Assembly (NCBI GenBank): GCA_965205485.1
Contig: OZ242180.1
Span: 864,001-928,000 of the forward strand
Source: Candidatus Latescibacterota bacterium
GTDB taxonomy: Bacteria > Latescibacterota > UBA2968 > GCA-2709665
Direction of reading: 5' to 3'
DNA: 64,000 bases
Both the position numbers and the translations under genes were made by a program. The notes beneath the pieces are model-generated. The model was not told where the DNA came from and made no database searches. It saw only the letters and a program-made list of their open reading frames with translations. Shown one piece after another: positions 59,601 through 64,000 of this stretch; position 1 is the first letter of the stretch, and every line of letters begins with the position of its first letter.

Positions 59601-59771
59601 CGCGCCGGCGGGTTCGCCCTGGGCGAGGTCGGATGCTTCCTGCTGGGCAACCTGGACAGGTGGATGAAGGCGGGGGAGCGGATCGAGGCGCTGTTCTTCC
59701 TCCTGCCAACCACCAGCCTGGAAGAAGGAAAGGCGGGCGCGATCTGGAGTGAGTTTGACGCGCTGCCGTAG
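56604..59771 (+). CDS. Large protein with N-terminal GNAT acetyltransferase domain (start possibly TTG 56616)
   Basis: LNCHPEFHGKKHGK..LYTWPGNLQAVPLYKKMGF, followed by beta-rich domains. Confidence 0.8.
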   Translation: MEGHLLHKTRNLVEDWRDGDARKLATLEMEADVGWPGGGGWQTTAEEQERNIKESNLLGAIVTENEERIISLCLIRATPGQKAKAFIPHLNCHPEFHGKKHGKSALWGAMERAYETGYQRVDLYTWPGNLQAVPLYKKMGFMWRPDSSVHMENFMPAARRHPLAAAFFARHDWYETQVRELSPEEDVMTRGRVKVYEYLWRAQDGDLLRLVFDRQSWGIIELENNDLTVSCSLPDEKLVAGVPHAVRWHIVNKKPHPAHVFLAASGDPGVRVEKREVLDVAESAEIGDTFVIDPNIEEKPREPKAAVLRTDLVIDGVGIEFAAGIDVRQAVDVSVDAPHSILTPGKPQETTLTLRSSLDEACTAKLRIMPVGGADVNAGEREVALDPKGGAELTVPVTAPWAGPVAIDVETTATAGGRAVPVKIKRLDLLAVDRGGVSGCVGERNALLCGDGLTVSADLRSGELYIYHTLRALRSRRLKLQAPRLGPPFAGGDLFQEKAEARVERDVVGVVLRLRTRSVTRPGVWLERSVLVGQGPLVRVLDTVVNGTSLPLDLSVSQSWWMQMGRTASLVVPGKHGVSRQAFGSGGRDLDDLRLSEETSAWPEGWFCVEKEDGCVTGILWDRAERVSPGPWGSLRTRAVRVEPGASRALDPVNAFVGDGNWQTVRSWWRTLFDSVPEIEASTAPTRRPIECRIEPRPLIVAGEPVEATLRLDHVGRHELDGELILEDSDGLHPDVRAVKVTGLCESRPVVRKVAFRPQARVRPGTKGIRARFETEEAVYRFTQKALVLPAGAREVSVSRREKGRVLEIDNGILAAKVAPAFMGSVISLRYDGMEYLNCPYPNVEPRAWMNPWYGGLSPEYDRLEDTLYKERFRYRVIERKGRQGLVWRGVRVHCRIAQEHARGQSIAWEYLLAPGADVLAIRVTCRDELGIGAEGDLGFGVWPAFAASPGTATFYNTTETSVSTLAAPHWTSGGNWNWGGIVGKNGEALFLSAAGEGARAGGFALGEVGCFLLGNLDRWMKAGERIEALFFLLPTTSLEEGKAGAIWSEFDALP

Positions 59772-59809
59772 CGGGGGAAGAAGGCGATCCCCGCGAGGAA
59801 CCAAATCGA

Positions 59810-61132
59810 TCAAACGAGATCGCCAGTCTTGAAATACCTGTTCACTTTGTAACGGAAGAGGACTTGGGACAGGAGGATCAGACTCGCAAGTGCCCCAAAC
59901 TCAAAGTGATCGGGTATTCGTGGAGCCGCTTTGAGCGAGTACCAACACAATATTGTAATGCCTATAAGGAGACCGAAAGTGATCACATACCCCCTGACAC
60001 TCGGAGAAAGCAGAGGGCCAGATCGCAGGCGAAGCCACAAGAAGAAGGGAGTCAATATAGACATCAGGGATACAGGACGGATAAAGTCGTAACCTGCGAA
60101 TTGTTCCATCAGGACGTCCCTGAGCAGAAAGGCAAGTATCAGGGTACCAAAAAAGACGACGCTATATAGGAGCCCACTCCAATAGATCAGTCTTGAGAAT
60201 TGCATCCGTGAGATGGGATAGACCCAACCCTTCTGGAGGAATAGACATTCATCCAGGCAATAGATCAAAGCGCAAGTCGCGGGAACAACGGTTACGATTA
60301 TGTTTAGTACGCGCTGGAAGGCTACGGAGTTCTGTTGCAAGGCTTTACCGGGCACGTCCGTCAGGACAAACATGCACGCTGACGCGCCAAGAACGGCTAT
60401 GGCCGGGATGAAGGGCGCTCTGGCCGGCCATCCTATTCGTTTGAAGCCAAAGTTTTCGTACTCGCCGGCACGAATCCAGTCAAACAGTCCCGTGAACGGC
60501 CCCGTATGTTGCCATTGACGACGGGATTCACCCTTCAAGCTCTGCGCGTGCGTCACTGGGCCAAGTGCGTTTGCTCTGGCAACATTGACGTCAAAGAAAC
60601 GATGAAGGCACAGCGACGCGCCAGTCAATGCCAGGAGGACGCACAGAACGGGATGAACTGCGTAAACTTCGACGATGCGATCGACCGTATACATCGCGGT
60701 GAACAACAGGATCCAAATGAGAAAACCAAGACCATATCGACGGATGTCCCTGAACAGTGTGGGCCAAACGGGATTCATTCCCAAAATCAGCCCCACACTG
60801 TACCAGAGAAGTACGGATGAGAAGATGGTGTGCCAGGGGGCAATACCACCAGCGGATGTGTAAATCCACGTTTGGAAAAACGCCGTGACAACACCGGCAA
60901 GGAGCAGCGAAAAGAAGAGTCGCCGACGCAGGTTTGGCAAAGTCCATGAAAACAGCGTATTCCGGAGTTCTTGTACGATTCTCCCAAGCAATACGCCGCA
61001 AATTACCGGCGACAACAATACAAGAAAGTTGTCATCTAATCCAATCTGGACTAAAAAGTACGCGACTATAACCACAGACATCGCGATGTGCAATGGACGC
61101 AACAGCAATCCGAATAATGCATGGATGCCCAT
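59810..61132 (-). CDS. Multi-TM ABC-2-type permease-like protein
   Basis: Many hydrophobic segments; in an operon with an ABC ATPase; paralog of 61169-62485. Confidence 0.7.
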   Translation of the reverse strand: MGIHALFGLLLRPLHIAMSVVIVAYFLVQIGLDDNFLVLLSPVICGVLLGRIVQELRNTLFSWTLPNLRRRLFFSLLLAGVVTAFFQTWIYTSAGGIAPWHTIFSSVLLWYSVGLILGMNPVWPTLFRDIRRYGLGFLIWILLFTAMYTVDRIVEVYAVHPVLCVLLALTGASLCLHRFFDVNVARANALGPVTHAQSLKGESRRQWQHTGPFTGLFDWIRAGEYENFGFKRIGWPARAPFIPAIAVLGASACMFVLTDVPGKALQQNSVAFQRVLNIIVTVVPATCALIYCLDECLFLQKGWVYPISRMQFSRLIYWSGLLYSVVFFGTLILAFLLRDVLMEQFAGYDFIRPVSLMSILTPFFLWLRLRSGPLLSPSVRGYVITFGLLIGITILCWYSLKAAPRIPDHFEFGALASLILLSQVLFRYKVNRYFKTGDLV

Positions 61133-61168
61133 GAGACGATCACCTTAAGAGCAAGGCTGATATGCGGA

Positions 61169-62485
61169 TTAGACGAGATCGCCGAATTTGAAGTGTTGTC
61201 GGATTTTGCAACGAAAGAGGTACTGGGACAGGAGGATTAGACTCGCGACGGTTGCGGCCTCGTAGGCGAACGAAATGCAGCAGCCAAACTCAAGCCATAT
61301 CGTAATCAGGATCGAATAGCAGATGATGAAAACAGCCAGAATTACGTATGAAAGTACTTTGAATTGTTCGTTCCGAAAGCGTACCCATTGGATGACAGGG
61401 TTACAGATGAACATCAGCAGGACAGGACGCGCGAGGTCGAGCCCGGTGAAGATTCCGGTCAGGCCATCCAGCAGAAGAAACATCAATAACATGACCCCGC
61501 AATGTAGAGCGTTATGTAGAAGGCTACACCAGTACGCGAGCCTCGCCAGTTCAAGTCTCGAAAGAGGATAGAGCCATCCGGTTTTCACGTACAAGGACAG
61601 TTGCAGCATCCAAAGACCCAGGGTGATAGGAACGATAACGGCTTCTGCATGGCCGAATAACTGAATCAGGACCGCCACGGTAGCCAGAATGACAGTTGAG
61701 TACAGGAACGCGCTGCCCAGCCATCCCGCCCATGCGGTACCGTAATTCTCGTATTCACCGGCCCGGATCCAGTCGCCCAGACCGTTGAGCGGAGCCGCGC
61801 GTGTCCATTTCCGCCGGGAGTCGCGTCGTGCCGTCTGGTGAGGTCCGAACGTGTACCGATGGAACACCGGCATCGAGACGAGCGATTTTTCTCTTGTGAC
61901 TCCGACGCCGGAAGTGCGTTTCAGGTAGAGTATCGCGATAATAAGCGTAACAAGGGTACATAGGAGGGGTTGGGCTATGTAATAGTCGGTAACGTTATTG
62001 ATCGAGAGGATGCCGAATACAAGGATAAGAATCGTAATATACGTGACGACCGAACTGCGGTACCGGAGTGTTCGGGCGTCGACGAATTCGTAGGTCCCGA
62101 TCGTAAATGCCAGGCTGTGCCACATGAAACAAGAAGCAAGAATCGGGATCACAGGCGCAGGACCGCCCAACCAATCGTAAGTCCAGGTTGTCAGGGCGGC
62201 GAGTCCGATTCCCGTGATACATACCGAGGAAGAGAGCAGCCTGCGAAGACGGGGAAGCGACCAGGAAATGGGCGTGTGCTGGAGCTCGCCAATACTCTGG
62301 CCGATGAAGAAGCCTGCGATTGAAGGCAGTGCCATCGTGATCAGAATGAGGCGTCCCGGTTCTGACAGGGCGGGGAGTCTCGTGCCCGCGGCCCAGAGCA
62401 GACCCAGAATCAGCCCGGCGAATATCAGGTAGAATGCAAGAATCACCGGCCGCCAGAGCAGGCGGTACAGCGCGTAGATTCCCAT
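61169..62485 (-). CDS. Multi-TM ABC-2-type permease-like protein
   Basis: Shares SW.LP.LRR, DWIRAGEYEN, GW.YP.SR, FK.GDLV with its neighbour; TGATG overlap with the ATPase gene. Confidence 0.7.
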   Translation of the reverse strand: MGIYALYRLLWRPVILAFYLIFAGLILGLLWAAGTRLPALSEPGRLILITMALPSIAGFFIGQSIGELQHTPISWSLPRLRRLLSSSVCITGIGLAALTTWTYDWLGGPAPVIPILASCFMWHSLAFTIGTYEFVDARTLRYRSSVVTYITILILVFGILSINNVTDYYIAQPLLCTLVTLIIAILYLKRTSGVGVTREKSLVSMPVFHRYTFGPHQTARRDSRRKWTRAAPLNGLGDWIRAGEYENYGTAWAGWLGSAFLYSTVILATVAVLIQLFGHAEAVIVPITLGLWMLQLSLYVKTGWLYPLSRLELARLAYWCSLLHNALHCGVMLLMFLLLDGLTGIFTGLDLARPVLLMFICNPVIQWVRFRNEQFKVLSYVILAVFIICYSILITIWLEFGCCISFAYEAATVASLILLSQYLFRCKIRQHFKFGDLV

Positions 62486-63369
62486 CAGCAGGTCTCGTCC
62501 AGGAGGAGCGGGAACATCTGCTCCAGGTTCAGCGGGCGGCTGGACACGTCAACGGCGTATTTCGCCTTGAAAGCGTCCAGGTTTTTGGAAGCGCCGTTCA
62601 CGAGCAGACGCGCCTGGCTGCTGTCACCCTCCCGGGATACGACGAAGTCCTCTTCAAATTGCGCGGGGAGCCTGCCGTTCCGGGCGGTCACCCGCCATTC
62701 GGCGAAGCGTTCCTGGAGATCGTCCAGCGATGCGTCGGCCCTGATCCGGCCCCGGTCGAGACAGATTACGCGGTCGATGACCTTTTCGATGTCGTGCAGG
62801 ACGTGTGACGAAATCACGATCGTATTGGCGTCCTGCTGCAGGAGCTCGAGGAGAAATTTCAGGAACTGCTCGCGCGTGATGGGGTCCAGGCCGCTGACGG
62901 GCTCGTCGAGGATCAGCAGGTCGGGCCGGTGACATACGGCCAGAATGATGCCCAGTTTCTGGGCGTTCCCCGGAGAGAGGGTCCCGACCCGGGCAGTGGA
63001 CTCCAGTTCCAGTTCGTCCAGCAGGCGTTCCTCGAGGTCACGGTCCCAGTGTTTGTAGAAGGTGGAGACATAGCGCAGTTGCTGCTCCACTTTCATCCAT
63101 TCCAGGAACCGGTTCTCCTGGTGCACCACACCGATGCGGGAGAGTTCATCCGGACCCAGTTTGTCGCTGGGGCAACCAAGGGTGGTGCATGTCCCGCTGG
63201 TCGGCAGATACAGGCCGATGACGTGCCGGAGCATCGTGGTCTTTCCGCTTCCGTTTCTGCCGATGAGACCCACAACAGCCGGCTTCGGGACGGACACGCT
63301 CACGTTGTCCAGCGCGGTGACGTCGCCGAAGGACTTGGTGAGATTCTTGACTTCGAACGCGGATTCCAT
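62485..63369 (-). CDS. ABC transporter ATP-binding protein (YtrB-like)
   Basis: GRNGSGKTT, LSPG, LLILDEP, SSH. Confidence 0.9.
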   Translation of the reverse strand: MESAFEVKNLTKSFGDVTALDNVSVSVPKPAVVGLIGRNGSGKTTMLRHVIGLYLPTSGTCTTLGCPSDKLGPDELSRIGVVHQENRFLEWMKVEQQLRYVSTFYKHWDRDLEERLLDELELESTARVGTLSPGNAQKLGIILAVCHRPDLLILDEPVSGLDPITREQFLKFLLELLQQDANTIVISSHVLHDIEKVIDRVICLDRGRIRADASLDDLQERFAEWRVTARNGRLPAQFEEDFVVSREGDSSQARLLVNGASKNLDAFKAKYAVDVSSRPLNLEQMFPLLLDETC

Positions 63370-63370
63370 A

Positions 63371-63763
63371 TTATGGCTCCTCCTGATTGCCGGCGTCGTC
63401 CAGCATCCGGCCGAAGATTTCCAGGGCCCGCGACTTTTCAATGCCAAGCTGTCTTGCGATGGCGACAATTGGCGCGAGGCTCTGACGGAGCCGGTTGAGC
63501 TTGTGGACCTCGACCGTCTCCGGCTCCAGGTGACTGACGGTCAACGGCCGCCCGCGCCGACGCTCCACGATGCCCTCGGCCTCCAGGTACCCGTAAGCCT
63601 TGCTCACGGTCATCGGATTGACGCCGAGTTGCGCGGAAAGCGAGCGCGTGGCCGGCAGTTTTTCACCAGGCTTCAACAGGCCGCTGGCGATATGAAACTT
63701 GATCTGGTCCATCAACTGCCGGTAGACCGGCACGCCGCTGTGGTGATCGATCGCGATCAGCAC
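63371..63763 (-). CDS. GntR family regulator, YtrA subfamily
   Basis: PVYRQL..IASGLLKPGEKLPATRSLS..VNPMTVSKAY; GTG start with AGGAGA RBS. Confidence 0.9.
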   Translation of the reverse strand: MLIAIDHHSGVPVYRQLMDQIKFHIASGLLKPGEKLPATRSLSAQLGVNPMTVSKAYGYLEAEGIVERRRGRPLTVSHLEPETVEVHKLNRLRQSLAPIVAIARQLGIEKSRALEIFGRMLDDAGNQEEP

Positions 63764-63787
63764 TGAGGATTCTCCTCTGTGTATTAG

Positions 63788-63828
63788 TGTATTACTATAA
63801 ATATACAGTATGGCAGTGTGAATGTCAA
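63788..63828 (-). promoter_or_regulatory. Sigma-70 promoter with overlapping YtrA-type operator
   Basis: TTGACA (63828-63823)-N17-TATATT (63805-63800); palindrome TGTAT-N10-ATACA at 63788-63807. Confidence 0.75.
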
Positions 63829-63868
63829 ACATATTTCTTTAAGAAACCCCAAAACCGAGGAGCGTACA

Positions 63869-64000
63869 ATGAAGATGACGTCGATGGACCTGTGGACCGT
63901 GGGGGTGCCGAGTCTTCCGGGGCGCGTGAACAGCCCGGAATGGGTCCCGGATGTCGGATGGGACGTGGTGCCCAAGCATATCCTACGGATCAACACGGAT
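63869..64000 (+). CDS. Partial gene, probably an enolase-superfamily N-terminus
   Basis: GAGGAG RBS; MKMTSMDLWTVGVP...VPKHILRINTD runs off the window. Confidence 0.55.
   Translation, partial: MKMTSMDLWTVGVPSLPGRVNSPEWVPDVGWDVVPKHILRINTD

Overview
GC-rich bacterial chromosomal window with no rRNA, tRNA, CRISPR array or transposase recognised. Gene content includes four PhyH-type dioxygenases, sugar-acid and orphan catabolic enzymes, a BNR/sialidase-like protein, DUF1080, a spirochaete/Bacteroidota-style topoisomerase IV pair, GWxTD-TPR proteins and a FlgD/T9SS-A-like domain. This suggests an FCB-superphylum-like organism, possibly a sponge-associated Latescibacterota-like lineage; the taxonomy is inference only. 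Standout signals: (1) a hidden 396-aa selenoprotein (36632-35442, minus) split by one in-frame UGA in a GC-V-U motif, with a SECIS-like hairpin and resemblance to the SELENON (SelN) redox core; (2) an ECF sigma factor fused through a TM segment to a FlgD-Ig/T9SS-A-like C-terminal domain; (3) an ECF sigma / zf-HC2 anti-sigma / three GWxTD-TPR gene cluster; (4) a stand-alone SLATT-like 2TM gene coupled to an unannotated proline-rich peptide and a terminator; (5) a ~130-bp structured repeat present five times, plus many other REP-like families; (6) an intact BrnT toxin beside a frameshifted BrnA antitoxin; and two further single-base frameshifts.
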